Positions 52,878 through 63,100 of a stretch of DNA of 64,000 nucleotides are shown here, piece after piece. The notes under the pieces were generated by a model, which was not told the DNA's origin, did no database searches, and saw nothing but the letters and a program-made list of their open reading frames with translations. Numbering within the stretch: position 1 is the stretch's first letter; each line of letters starts with the position of its first letter. Made by a program: the position numbers and the translations under genes. The stretch is from NCBI GenBank assembly GCA_017632945.1, contig JAGBQH010000001.1, forward strand, positions 6,198 through 70,197, given 5' to 3'. The stretch comes from Aeriscardovia sp. GTDB taxonomy: Bacteria; Actinomycetota; Actinomycetes; Actinomycetales; Bifidobacteriaceae.

Positions 52878-54011
52878 ATGAACCCCAAGGCGAGGAACCT
52901 AAATATAGAGCTTCTCCGGTGTGTTGCTATTTTTTCAATCGCTATTTTTCACACTTTTGTCCCTTATTTCAACGCTCTAGCCTATGGAGCCTTTAGCGCC
53001 GGGGTTTCCATAGGCATGAAAAATTCCTTTATAGCTCTTTTCTGCATGGGACTGATAAATTTTTTAGGCAGCCTGGGAAACTTCATCTTCTACATGATTT
53101 CAGGATTTTTCCTGATACCCCATGCAATAAAAGAATTAGGCGCTGGGTTTTGGATAAAGCAAATTCGATCGATAGGCAGAAGATGCATAGTGATAGTGGG
53201 TTCTGTCATCGTTTTTGCAATTCTTACCATCTTTTTGCACTTTGTATGCCGCATGCCTTCCGCTAAACTCAATGGCATCCGCTGGCTGGGATCTGATTTG
53301 GAGTTCATCTGGCTTTACCTGATTTTCTGCGTTCTTTCGCCCTTTGTCGCCCTGCTTCAGAGCAAGTGGAAAAGAGGATGGGCGGCCTTTCTTGCCTGCG
53401 TTCTGGTTTTAACCTTCCTTTGCAATGCCTTTATCGCCTTCTTCTCACAAGGGGGCGTGAACCACGCGCTTGACGGATGGAGAAAACTCATGAGCGCAGT
53501 CACCTACCTTTGGGGATTTTGCCTTGCGGGCCTTGCGGGAGAAAAAGGATGGAGCAAAAATAGAAAAAGAAGTCGGGAAATTTTCCTGATCTGCCTCTTT
53601 TCGGCCCTTATTTCAACGTTCATCTGTGCCCTGGCCCAAAGTTGGAAAATGGCAGGAGATCTATCGTTCAAGTCAACCTCCCTCATCTCTTTCGGAGCGG
53701 CCCTTTCCCTTCTGTTGCTCTCAGCTTCTAAAGAGAAGAAAAATTCCGAATTTAAAGCGGCGAAAGCCATCACTTTCTTTGCAAACGGCATTTTAGGCTT
53801 TTATATCTTCCAGTCCATGCTCACCTCTTTCTGGCATCTTTTGATTTTCCCTGTAATAAACAGCCTTTCCCTTCCCGGCTTTTTCCCCTTCGTGGCACTT
53901 TTTATTTTTGCTTCCCTCCTCACTCTTATTTACACCCTCATCCTTTCGGCCATAGGATCTTGGGTGAGGCGCCCGCTTTTAGCTGCGGGATCTCGGCTTT
54001 TAAAGAGTTGA
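52878..54011 (+). CDS. Acyltransferase family 3 (OafA/YrhL-like) integral membrane protein
   Basis: 377 aa, about 10 TM helices, N-terminal NIELLRCVAIFSIAIFH pattern typical of acyltransferase_3. Confidence 0.75.
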   Translation: MNPKARNLNIELLRCVAIFSIAIFHTFVPYFNALAYGAFSAGVSIGMKNSFIALFCMGLINFLGSLGNFIFYMISGFFLIPHAIKELGAGFWIKQIRSIGRRCIVIVGSVIVFAILTIFLHFVCRMPSAKLNGIRWLGSDLEFIWLYLIFCVLSPFVALLQSKWKRGWAAFLACVLVLTFLCNAFIAFFSQGGVNHALDGWRKLMSAVTYLWGFCLAGLAGEKGWSKNRKRSREIFLICLFSALISTFICALAQSWKMAGDLSFKSTSLISFGAALSLLLLSASKEKKNSEFKAAKAITFFANGILGFYIFQSMLTSFWHLLIFPVINSLSLPGFFPFVALFIFASLLTLIYTLILSAIGSWVRRPLLAAGSRLLKS

Positions 54012-54044
54012 TTGAAATCGGCCTTGAAAATAAAATCGTCACTT

Positions 54045-54701
54045 ATGGATATCAAGATTGCTCCAAGTATTCTTTCAGCGGATTTTTGTAACCTCCAATC
54101 GGAGCTAGAGGCCATAAAAAGCGCCGATCTTGTACATGTGGACGTTATGGACGCCCACTTCGTTCCAAATCTGACGATAGGGGTTCCGGTAGTAAAAAGG
54201 ATTGCCGAAGTATCTCCCCTTCCCTTAGACATCCACCTGATGATAGATTCTCCCGACATCTTCGCTCTGGACTACGCCTTCAAGAATGTGGAAAGCATTA
54301 CTTTTCATCTCGCAACTTCTCATGCGCCCATAAGGCTTGCCAGAAAGATTAGGGAAAAAGGGATAAAAGCGTGCTGCGCCTTAAACCCTGCCGTAGGGCT
54401 GGAAGGCCTTTCGGAGATTTTAGGCGAATTTGATTCGGTTTTGGTCATGAGCGTGGAACCTGGTTTTGGGGGACAAAAATTCCTTTCTTCCCAGCTTTCA
54501 AAAGTGTCTAGGCTGAAAAAAGAGATAGAAGATAGGGGGCTAGATATTAAGATAGAAATAGACGGTGGGATCAACAGGCAAACCATAGGCCCCGCATGCA
54601 GGGCAGGGGCCAGCATTATCGTGGCCGGCTCAGCCATTTATGGCGAGAAAGACCGCGCTGGGGCCATAAAGGAATTAAGGGAAATAGCGGAAAGAGCCTA
54701 A
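54045..54701 (+). CDS. rpe: Ribulose-phosphate 3-epimerase
   Basis: MDIKIAPSILSADF, HVDVMDAHFVPN, MSVEPGFGGQKF, EIDGGIN. The start is trimmed from the track's 54012. Confidence 0.95.
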   Translation: MDIKIAPSILSADFCNLQSELEAIKSADLVHVDVMDAHFVPNLTIGVPVVKRIAEVSPLPLDIHLMIDSPDIFALDYAFKNVESITFHLATSHAPIRLARKIREKGIKACCALNPAVGLEGLSEILGEFDSVLVMSVEPGFGGQKFLSSQLSKVSRLKKEIEDRGLDIKIEIDGGINRQTIGPACRAGASIIVAGSAIYGEKDRAGAIKELREIAERA

Positions 54702-54704
54702 AAT

Positions 54705-55304
54705 ATGCCAGATTCAGAGACCCAAAACGTAGAAGTTTCTAGACAAGTTTGGACGGCCCCCAACCTCATCAGTTTTCTGCGCATCGTCTCAATACCGGTG
54801 ATTGCCTGGCTTATAGGCTCCAACCACCTGGTCTGGTCTCTAATCATCATGGCCATTTCAGGGATGTCTGACGGGATAGACGGATACGTGGCGAGACGTT
54901 TTGACCAGGTTTCCGTGCTAGGCCAAATGCTTGACCCCATAGCCGACAGGCTTCTCATTATCTGTTCTTGTATAGCCTTAGGAGTAGCCCACATCCTCCC
55001 CTGGTGGATTCTAATAGTCATTTGCTGCCGGGATTTTGTCATAGGTGTGGAAGTGCTGATTTTGGCAAACAAAGGCTATGGCCCTCTTCCCGTGCACTTC
55101 GTAGGTAAAGTGGGGACATTTGTGCTCCTGGTAGCTATTCCCTGCCTGATAATTTCGCACGTAATTCCCCTTCTTACCCTCGCTTCTATTTCCTTCTACT
55201 GCTTTGGCATGGCCAGCTGCTACTGGGGGATTGGCCTCTACTGGACAGCTGGAATAGTCTATATAGCTCAGGGGATGGGCCTGCTTAAGAAAAGGAAACA
55301 TTAA
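54705..55304 (+). CDS. pgsA: CDP-alcohol phosphatidyltransferase (PgsA-like; the exact lipid product is not determinable)
   Basis: Signature DGIDGYVARRFDQVSVLGQMLDPIADRL (DGxxARx8Gx3Dx3D), multi-TM. Confidence 0.8.
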   Translation: MPDSETQNVEVSRQVWTAPNLISFLRIVSIPVIAWLIGSNHLVWSLIIMAISGMSDGIDGYVARRFDQVSVLGQMLDPIADRLLIICSCIALGVAHILPWWILIVICCRDFVIGVEVLILANKGYGPLPVHFVGKVGTFVLLVAIPCLIISHVIPLLTLASISFYCFGMASCYWGIGLYWTAGIVYIAQGMGLLKKRKH

Positions 55305-55730
55305 ATGGACGAAGAAAAAGAGTCCGAGCGCACCATAATGGGACTGCCCCCCGTAAGGGTGCCTGCAGCCCTGGCGAAAGAAGGCTCCCTAACCGGCCAA
55401 GATCTCGAGGTTATGGAAAAACTAAAGGAGGGCGATGCCCTTCTCATAGCAGTTAGCGGATTTTCTCAAAATGTAAGGTATCTTTTAAACGAGCCCTCGG
55501 TAAGCGTGGGCAGAAGTTTGAAAGCAGATATCCTATTAGACGATCCCACGGTTTCCAGGCATCACGCCCTCTTTACTAAGCTTGGCGCCACCTACGTCCT
55601 CAAGGATTTGGATTCATTGAATGGAACCTACGTAAACGGTTCCCGTATAGACAGTCTGGAACTCAAAAGCGGAGACGCCATAATGATAGGACGCTTTAAG
55701 ATGCTTTTTTATCTTAAGGATCGATCCTAG
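55305..55730 (+). CDS. GarA/OdhI-like FHA-domain regulator
   Basis: ALLIAVSG..VRYLLNEPSVSVGRSLKADILLDDPTVSRHHALF..VLKDLDSLNGTYVNGSRIDS..LKSGDAIMIGRFKMLF parallels mycobacterial GarA as I remember it. The N-terminal ETTS phospho-motif is not evident. Confidence 0.8.
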   Translation: MDEEKESERTIMGLPPVRVPAALAKEGSLTGQDLEVMEKLKEGDALLIAVSGFSQNVRYLLNEPSVSVGRSLKADILLDDPTVSRHHALFTKLGATYVLKDLDSLNGTYVNGSRIDSLELKSGDAIMIGRFKMLFYLKDRS

Positions 55731-56068
55731 TCTAGAAGATCTTCTCCATTGGCGTGCTTTTCCAGCCTCTCTGCCAGCAGCTTTTTAAGCTCGTCTTCGG
55801 TGCGCCTTTCCAGGAGCATGTCGTAGTGCGACCTTTTCGGTTTTCCGGCTTCCAAAAGATCTTCCTCACTATTTTCCTGAACGCAGGTCCTCCCGCAGTG
55901 GCAGACCCATGTAGTGGGGGCTGAGGCTTGAATGGCGAAGGGGACGATAGTCCGGTGTCCTTCGGGGCAGACATACGTCACTTCCCTTCTGGCTGCCAAA
56001 ACCACGCCTTCGTCAGATTCAAGGCTCTTGGCGCCTATGCTTCTCCCCCTCAGACTTCTTTCGGCCAT
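55727..56068 (-). CDS. rbpA: RNA polymerase-binding protein RbpA
   Basis: MAERSLRGRSIGAKS.E.D..., CPEGH...WVCHCG (zinc-ribbon-type core), SHYDMLLERRTEDELKKLLAERL (sigma-interacting helix). Confidence 0.88.
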   Translation of the reverse strand: MAERSLRGRSIGAKSLESDEGVVLAARREVTYVCPEGHRTIVPFAIQASAPTTWVCHCGRTCVQENSEEDLLEAGKPKRSHYDMLLERRTEDELKKLLAERLEKHANGEDLLD

Positions 56069-56122
56069 CTTTTTCCTTTCATCCTATTTTGACTAGACCC
56101 TTTAATTTATATTTTTGTAATT

Positions 56123-56353
56123 TTATTCCACTCCCTCTATAAAACGCCTCATCCGTTCTAGCCTTTTTTCTCTTTTCCTTTTTTCCAATGCGCCGTGAGC
56201 CTTAGCGTACTCTTCTACGCTTTCTTCAAACGGCCTTGATATAGAGCTTTCTTTCTTGGGAGAAGGAGGATCTGCGCGAATGGGATCTATATGGATTGAA
56301 GAGAGAAGGGCCCTTATATTTTTTTTCATCCTTTTGGCACTTTTAAAAAACAT
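56123..56353 (-). CDS. Possible small basic/acidic helical protein (hypothetical)
   Basis: 76-aa ORF with a GGAAG RBS-like sequence 5 nt upstream, on the same strand as rbpA. No family recognised. Confidence 0.3.
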   Translation of the reverse strand: MFFKSAKRMKKNIRALLSSIHIDPIRADPPSPKKESSISRPFEESVEEYAKAHGALEKRKREKRLERMRRFIEGVE

Positions 56354-56858
56354 TTTTCTTCCTTTAATATGCCCTTACCTTTGTTAATTTTCTCCGCTGA
56401 TACAAGTGCTGAAATTTCCATCCAATTTGAAATCGGCTTTTTCTTACTTTATCATGCCCGGCGCTTTGCCAAATAAAGTTGGAAAAAGAACTAAAAGAGA
56501 AATAAGGGCAATAATTGCTTCAAGGGAGATTTTAAACGGCAAAGCCCTTCAAGATATGCCACCACTACAAAAGAACTCTTTTATACAACAGGCTCTCCCC
56601 TATCTGAGGGTAAGTCTACCTAGGCTAAGACGTTTTTACCTTTTGAACCAATAGGAAGAAGGCGGAGCATCTGTGCACCACATACAGGTCTATAACATAT
56701 CTATGCAGTAGAAAACAAAAAAAATCTTAAAATATGCACTACAAAATAAATTCGACGGAAAACAAGTTAAGCAGTTAAGGGCTTAGGAGGATTATTATAC
56801 TGGGTCCTGCCCTTTAGCAGTATGCGTACCCTAAGGAATTTTCCTAAACGTACTATGT

Positions 56859-59800
56859 TTAAAACCCGTGCTTCTTTGAAAAAGTGCCAGAAGAGGTATG
56901 CCTCTTCTTCCTAATTCCCCACCACACTCCTGCCCCCAAAAGGAAGAGGAAGGAGGAGGAAAGAGAAAGAGACAATATGCCTTTTCCTCCCGTTAAGGGA
57001 AGACGGGGGGTGGGAGTAGGAGTGGGAAGCGGGATACCGCAAAAATGGTCAGATCCCTTCAGGACAGAATCTGCCTTAAAGGCAGAAGAATAAGAAGACT
57101 GATTTATTATTCCAAGATATCCATCTTGAACCTTCCACTGAAAAGAGCCCGGCACGTTACCAGTACCCTGCTCATTTTCGGTATTATCAATCGATCCCTT
57201 TCCCTCCAAACTTTCCGGCGAGGAATAAGAAAGGGAACCGGTAAAGGAAATCGCGGGATACTGGGTGCTCTTTACAGTGTATGTCCCGTCTTGCAATCCC
57301 CCAAAGGAATAGATCTCACTTTCAAAACTAGTGCTCTTCTCAACAAAGTCGTAAGGGGAAGAAGAAAACTGCCAGCCTTCAAAAGTACCGCCGTCTTCTA
57401 CAGGAGTGAGGTACTGGCCCGAAGAATTTTGAACTGTAAACTGTGTCAGATTGGCCATTTCAAGATCGCACTCAGACACAATAATGAGGTTTATAAACCA
57501 GAGGCCCATAGAAGAAGAAGGGGAGGAAGTGGGGGGATTAGGGGCGGATGCACTATTGGTATTTGCCCACTGGGTCATAGAATTGACATACTCTGAGAGG
57601 GCGGAGGGGAGGGAATTGTCTGCAGGGCCGTTAGTTTCAACCTCCGGCGTCAGGAGAAGGTTGGAATAAGACTTGGGCGGTATATACTTTAGACTGCTTG
57701 AGTTAGAGGCAAGTATCGGATCCATTTTATATGTGAAATTGTAGGTGGAAGAGGCTGAGGAAGTAAAGGAAGTGTTCAGGTAGGCCTGCCACTCTATGGA
57801 GAGGGTGTGGTTGGTCACCCCGTTTTGAGTAAGCATACCCGAAGAAGGCAGAGGAAGACTTCCCTTGCTGATTATTTCCGCTATGGCCGCAGGGTTTAAA
57901 GTTACTTTGAGGCTGGAACTTGAAAGCGAAACCGAGGCCCCCTGAAGGGAGGAAATGGGAAGTCCATTTGCCTTAAGGCTGCTTTGAACTATGGTTTGAC
58001 CAGGGATCGAAAGGGAGAAGACGACGTCAGTTGCATTGGGTACCGACTGCAGATGATCGCTTCCCTTCAATATAGATCCCCTTTCATTGGCAAAAGCGGA
58101 AGAAAACTCTTGCTCAAAATTTGCATTGCCGTATGGAAGATAGGCTTCAGCCTGGTAGGTATAGGGAAAGTCTGATCCTACTGTGGAAGTGAAGTTGGAA
58201 GAAGAAAGGGAAGAATCTTCCACTCTGGATACTGAGGGATTTTCGGCTCCTACAACGACCTGTTGTAGATAAGCGTCACCAGGGGATGACGAAATGTAAT
58301 TTAGAAATCCGTTAAAAGTCAGACCCCATGAACCAGCATAAAAACTGTCAGGATCTCCTAGATTTTCTAGGGGAGACGAATACTCTATAGTGGGAGCCTG
58401 GTAGTAGGAACCGTAAGAGACGCTCTGTCCTTCCTGGTTTACTCCTGATATAGGGGTTATGTTACAGGTTACATCCCGATCTGGAGTTACAAATATCTGC
58501 ACTTCGGATCCCTCAAAGGTAAGGGTGTCGCCCTGGGAGGAAGTTGCAACTTGGGTTCCCGAAGGGACTCCGATGTCTCCGAGCGGGACATTGGAATTTG
58601 AATCCGTATATACGTAGGGTATGGAGTTTGTAGGATTGCCCATGTTATAGCTATAGGTAGAGTAACTATCAACAAGCACCGTTACCGACTTTAAGGGTTT
58701 CCCATCTTGTCCCACGGCAGGAAAAGACATTTCCCCGTTTGCCGCCGCTTCGTTTATAGTCTCCCTTCCCCTAGGCGCCTTTTTCGTCAGCACAGTACCC
58801 TGGGAAGGTTTGGACACAAGAGAGCTTTTTAAACCAGAAGAATTAGGAGAAGACTTGCCGTCGGGAGCGGAAGATGAAGACACCTCAGGCGCCAGCCCCA
58901 CTTTTTTCCCTTCAGGGTTCTTCTCCCCCCATGCTTCGTACTCAAATTCAAAAGACGAAGAAGGGGATTCTTTGGAGGAAGGGTCTAAATAGGCCTCAAA
59001 GGTTATGGCTATTTCCCTGTTTGCATTTCCCTCTTGGGTTAGGGGGGAAGTGGAAGGGAGGGGGACTTCCCTTTTTTCCTCTATGGTTTCAAGCGCCAGA
59101 GGGGAAAAGGCAATGGAGGAAGAAGAGGAGGAGAGGGAAGCCCCCTTTAATGATGAGAGAGGAATCCCGTTTACTTTTATGCTTCCTTTTACAAGAGTTT
59201 GAGAAGAGAGGAAAAGGGAGAAAACGAGGGGAGTCAAAGAAGCGACCTTCCCCTTTGCATTCTTTCCCGCTTGAGCGAAAGGAAGGAAGCTTTCGACTTG
59301 ATAAGTGTAAGGGTGGGAAGAGCCGGGCAGCGAAGTGAAAGGAGAAGAAGATGCTTTGCTCCCCTCTATCCTTTCCGAAGACGGGTTAAGGGACCCCACA
59401 GTAACTTCCTTTTCCTTCGCATTTACAAATCCGCAGGGGTCAGAAACCGAAGTCAGGGTTTCAGAATTTGAAGAGAGGTTTACTTCAAATGTGGGAGAAA
59501 GAAAATAAGAGCCGTAAGAAAGAGTCTTTCCGCTTTCGCTTTCTCCCCCCTGCACGGTAAGGTCGTACTTCCCGGGCTTTGCCTCAAAGGAAAACGCCCC
59601 GTTTTCCGTATGCGTTAAATCTATCAAGTCTCCCTTTTTGGAGTAAGAAACCGTCGATCCCTTTGGAACGCTAAAGGAAGAGGGGGAGGGGGAAAGCGAG
59701 GAAGCGTTGGAAGAGTTGGTAGAGGGGGAAGTTAAAAGCAGCTTCACCTCCTTAACTTTTTGTCCGTTTTCTCCTTCCGCCCTAAAGTAGAGCTCTTTAA

Positions 59801-59978
59801 AGTCAGAATTGGCGGCGGAGGAAGAAGGAGAAACCGAGGGCGTCTGCGGGGAAGACTTCTTTACCGCAGCCATGGCCGCAAAGGCTACCCCAGTCCCTAT
59901 ACCTCCGGCCACCAATACGGCTACTGCAGAAAGCAGGGCTATTAATTTCTTTCTTTTTTTAATTCTCCTCTTTTTCAT
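56859..59978 (-). CDS. LPXTG-anchored serine-rich surface protein with duplicated ~320-aa modules and a C-terminal SpaA/Cna-B-like domain
   Basis: Signal peptide MKKRRIKKRKKLIALLSAVAVLVAGG. Sortase signal LPLTG (56988..57002) plus TM helix plus basic tail. FTVQNSSGQYLTPVEDGGTFEGW...GLQDGTYTVKSTQYP resembles pilin/adhesin prealbumin-fold domains. Confidence 0.85.
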   Translation of the reverse strand: MKKRRIKKRKKLIALLSAVAVLVAGGIGTGVAFAAMAAVKKSSPQTPSVSPSSSAANSDFKELYFRAEGENGQKVKEVKLLLTSPSTNSSNASSLSPSPSSFSVPKGSTVSYSKKGDLIDLTHTENGAFSFEAKPGKYDLTVQGGESESGKTLSYGSYFLSPTFEVNLSSNSETLTSVSDPCGFVNAKEKEVTVGSLNPSSERIEGSKASSSPFTSLPGSSHPYTYQVESFLPFAQAGKNAKGKVASLTPLVFSLFLSSQTLVKGSIKVNGIPLSSLKGASLSSSSSSIAFSPLALETIEEKREVPLPSTSPLTQEGNANREIAITFEAYLDPSSKESPSSSFEFEYEAWGEKNPEGKKVGLAPEVSSSSAPDGKSSPNSSGLKSSLVSKPSQGTVLTKKAPRGRETINEAAANGEMSFPAVGQDGKPLKSVTVLVDSYSTYSYNMGNPTNSIPYVYTDSNSNVPLGDIGVPSGTQVATSSQGDTLTFEGSEVQIFVTPDRDVTCNITPISGVNQEGQSVSYGSYYQAPTIEYSSPLENLGDPDSFYAGSWGLTFNGFLNYISSSPGDAYLQQVVVGAENPSVSRVEDSSLSSSNFTSTVGSDFPYTYQAEAYLPYGNANFEQEFSSAFANERGSILKGSDHLQSVPNATDVVFSLSIPGQTIVQSSLKANGLPISSLQGASVSLSSSSLKVTLNPAAIAEIISKGSLPLPSSGMLTQNGVTNHTLSIEWQAYLNTSFTSSASSTYNFTYKMDPILASNSSSLKYIPPKSYSNLLLTPEVETNGPADNSLPSALSEYVNSMTQWANTNSASAPNPPTSSPSSSMGLWFINLIIVSECDLEMANLTQFTVQNSSGQYLTPVEDGGTFEGWQFSSSPYDFVEKSTSFESEIYSFGGLQDGTYTVKSTQYPAISFTGSLSYSSPESLEGKGSIDNTENEQGTGNVPGSFQWKVQDGYLGIINQSSYSSAFKADSVLKGSDHFCGIPLPTPTPTPRLPLTGGKGILSLSLSSSFLFLLGAGVWWGIRKKRHTSSGTFSKKHGF

Positions 59979-60010
59979 TCCCTTCTCCCTTCCGTGTACC
60001 TATAACACTA

Positions 60011-60019
60011 CCCCCCCCC
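60011..60019 (-). repeat. G9 homopolymer (C9 on + strand) in the 5' leader/promoter of the 56859..59978 surface-protein gene
   Basis: Direct read: ...ACTACCCCCCCCCTTCC... on the + strand, 33-41 nt upstream of the ATG at 59978. Confidence 0.9.
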
Positions 60020-60147
60020 TTCCGATCTCGGAAAGTGGGAAAAGAAAAGGATGGATCTTAAAGGCAAGGGCGAAAAGGAGAAAGAGGCAGCGCAAAACTC
60101 TGCGGAAAGTTGCAGGCTTGACCGGTTTTATATTTTTCAGCTTAATT

Positions 60148-63100
60148 TTAGAATCCGTGCTTCTTTGAAGAAGAGTCTAAAGAGGCATGGCTCCCTCTCT
60201 TCTTTTTAAGGCCCCACCACACTCCTGCCCCCAAAAGGAAGAGGAAGGAGGAAGCCAAAGAAAGGCCCAGAACTCCCTTTCCTCCCGTAAAGGGCAGGTG
60301 GGAAGGAGCGGAGGGAGCAGGAGCAGGAGTCGGGCCGCCGGGGTTTATGTAGCAGGCAGATGAAGCGCTTCCCTTTAGATTTGACGTAGGAAGGGGAGGA
60401 GGACCTGACCAATCTGTTTCTCCTCCCTGTATATCGGAGTAATCCAGATATCCTCCGGAGATATACCAATTAAAGGACCATGCCCCTCCACGGGCTTCGG
60501 GATGTCCCCAAGTTACACTCGCCGTCCCTTTCCCTTCAAGGATCTGGGGAGAAGAGTAGGAAAGGGAGCTTGTAAAGGATAGGGAGGAAGGATACTCCAC
60601 GCTCTTTACGGTGTAAGTTCCGTCTGCAAGCCCTCCCCACTCGAAGTCTCCTGAAGAGTTTCTTTCTTTAAAGTCGTAGGGGGAACCCGACCATTCCCAT
60701 CCCTCAAAGGCCCCGTCGCTTTCCACAGGGGTTAAGTACTCTCCCGAGGGGTTTTGAACCGTAAATTCAGTGGGAGAATACGAATCCGAATCAGCAATGC
60801 TGCATCCTTTATTGTTATCCTTGGGGTTTTCAAAGGTGTTTTCAAACCACAGTCCCGTAGCAGAAGAGGGGTCGGAGGCGGAAAGGGAAGAAGGGAGGGA
60901 GTCGTCGGAGGGTCCGTTGGTGTAGATCTGGGGGAGGGGCACATTATTACTACCTGTCTCTTCTGTACGCCAAATACATTGTAAATACTTTTTACCCTCA
61001 AAAAGGTCGAAATCTGGCTTCAAGTATGCCTTGAAAGTCACGGAAAGGATCCTTCCTCCGTCCAAGGGGGAAGAGCCTACGGGAGATGTGGCAGTGGCGG
61101 GCATAAAGCCGTGCGAAGCAATATAATCAAGCACTGCTGGACCCAGAGCCAGATGCAGATACAGAGAACCTGATGAGGTAACGTTGTTATAGCCTTGCTG
61201 GGGAAATAATTTTTGGAGAGTAGAAAATGGGATTCCATCAACTTGCATATCCGAATCTATCAAACCAATTGCTTGTGGATTTACGATCATAATTAGGCTC
61301 CATATACCGGCAAGTTGAAGAGTGCCTCCATCCGGTGCCGTGACTGCCGAGTAAGGGAGGACAGTTTGGTATTGATAGGTGAAAGAGTTGTCCTCTCCCA
61401 CGGTTTCAGTGGGGTAATCAGAGGAGTCTACCTTTCCATTTGGGAGAAGAATTTGGATAGAAGGATCATCAGCCACAATAACCGTTCTTGTGACTGGGTT
61501 GAAGAGTCCGTTTCCACCCGAGCCGCCAGTAAATCCAAGAGCACCCGTGACTGCAAGATCCCCGTTTATAACGCATAAGTCCCGTGCGGTGCCCTGAGTG
61601 CACATAGAAGCATTCTGGGGAACCCACATGGAAAACATCCATGTATAGCCATACGCGTTTTCATAGGGCCGCCCTTCCCATACCGCTACGGTAATTCCCG
61701 TAGTCTTTATATCGTCAATCAATGAAGAAGGCAGGATAAAGAGACCTGGATGTCCGGCAACAGAGGTAAGGGTCACTGAATTATATGAATTATTTACTTC
61801 ACTATGGAGGTTATAAGGTGCATTAACCAGAGATTTACCCAGGCCCCACTTTATGGTGATTTTTTCAAGTCCCTTCCCATTTTCCGAAATTGCCCGAAAC
61901 CACGGCTGATATGGCTGGTATAGTGCAGACCCTTTTGCAAAGTCTCCCGTGAGAGTCTGTCCCTTTTCCCCTTGGGCGGAGTTGGAGTAGGAGGCGGACC
62001 ACCCTATTTCGTCTCCCGCCTTAAAGGAGGAAGCGAAGTATGCCGGGATCTCTATTGACAGGGTCCTGTCTGTAACGTCCCCGGAAGTGAGCTTTACCTT
62101 GCCCCCGGGGGAAGAAGAAGTGGCGGGCATGTACCCGTTTTCCTCTATGTAGGAGAGGGCCTCGGAGTCCAGGGAAATGGAGTTTCCGCTTAGGGAAGCG
62201 CCCTCCCCCTCAAGAAGGGAAAGGGGGAGGCCTGAAATAGAGGCCTTTGAAAGGTCCAATCCGTAGCCCTCTCCCGGATTAAAGGAGAGGGTCAAAGGAG
62301 ATGAATAGGGGAGGAAGGTTGAAAGCTGGTAAGAAAAGAGGTGGCTTTCCCCCGTCTCGGCCTTTGGGGCGTTTTGGGTTTCCTCCCCTTGGGAGTTTAA
62401 GGGGGAGGAAGAGGGGTTGGAAGAGTCTGTCACCACCGTATACGAAGAGGCATCTACAAAGCCGTCGGGGTCGTTTTCCGAAGTGAAAGATTCAGATCCA
62501 TTTGTTCCCAAAGTAATCTTAAAGGAAGGGTCCGCGAGTTCGGATCCTTCGCCAGCAATAGTCACGGTATATGTGCCAGGAACGAGATATGGAATATCAA
62601 AAGTGCCTGGTTCTCCAGAAATGGAGTTTAGAGTGACGAGGGCACCGTTGAAATTACCCTCCCATCCGAAAAATCTGTAGGGGGAGGGAGGAGAAAGGTT
62701 GAGGGAATCCGAGGCATCTTCTACGGCGGAATTATTTAAATCTTCCGGATCCCAATAAGCGGGAACAATATCAGCACCAATCCAATTTCCGTTCAAGCCT
62801 ATAGGCCACGGGTATGAATCGGGCATAATAGTTACAGACACCTCTTTCAAGGGTTTTCCGCTCTGAGATATTGCTCTAAAATGCGCGGAAAATTGCTGGA
62901 ACACCCATGGATAGGATGCTTCCTTCTTTCCCACATAGGAAATTTGGTAAGAAGGAGGAGTATATACCTCTACATCGTCGAAGAAGTAAGCTGGGTCGCT
63001 TTGAGGATATCCTAACCCAGAGGCCAAAAAATACATCAGGGTCTTGGAGAGCCCCAGCGTCATTATTACCGGTCCTTCAAGCCCCGGGCCCTGGTAGCCG

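Noticed and set aside
56406-56654. 82-aa GTG-initiated ORF in the AT-rich spacer
   Set aside because: There is no RBS, the composition is atypical for this genome and no family is recognised. It is kept only as part of the spacer finding.
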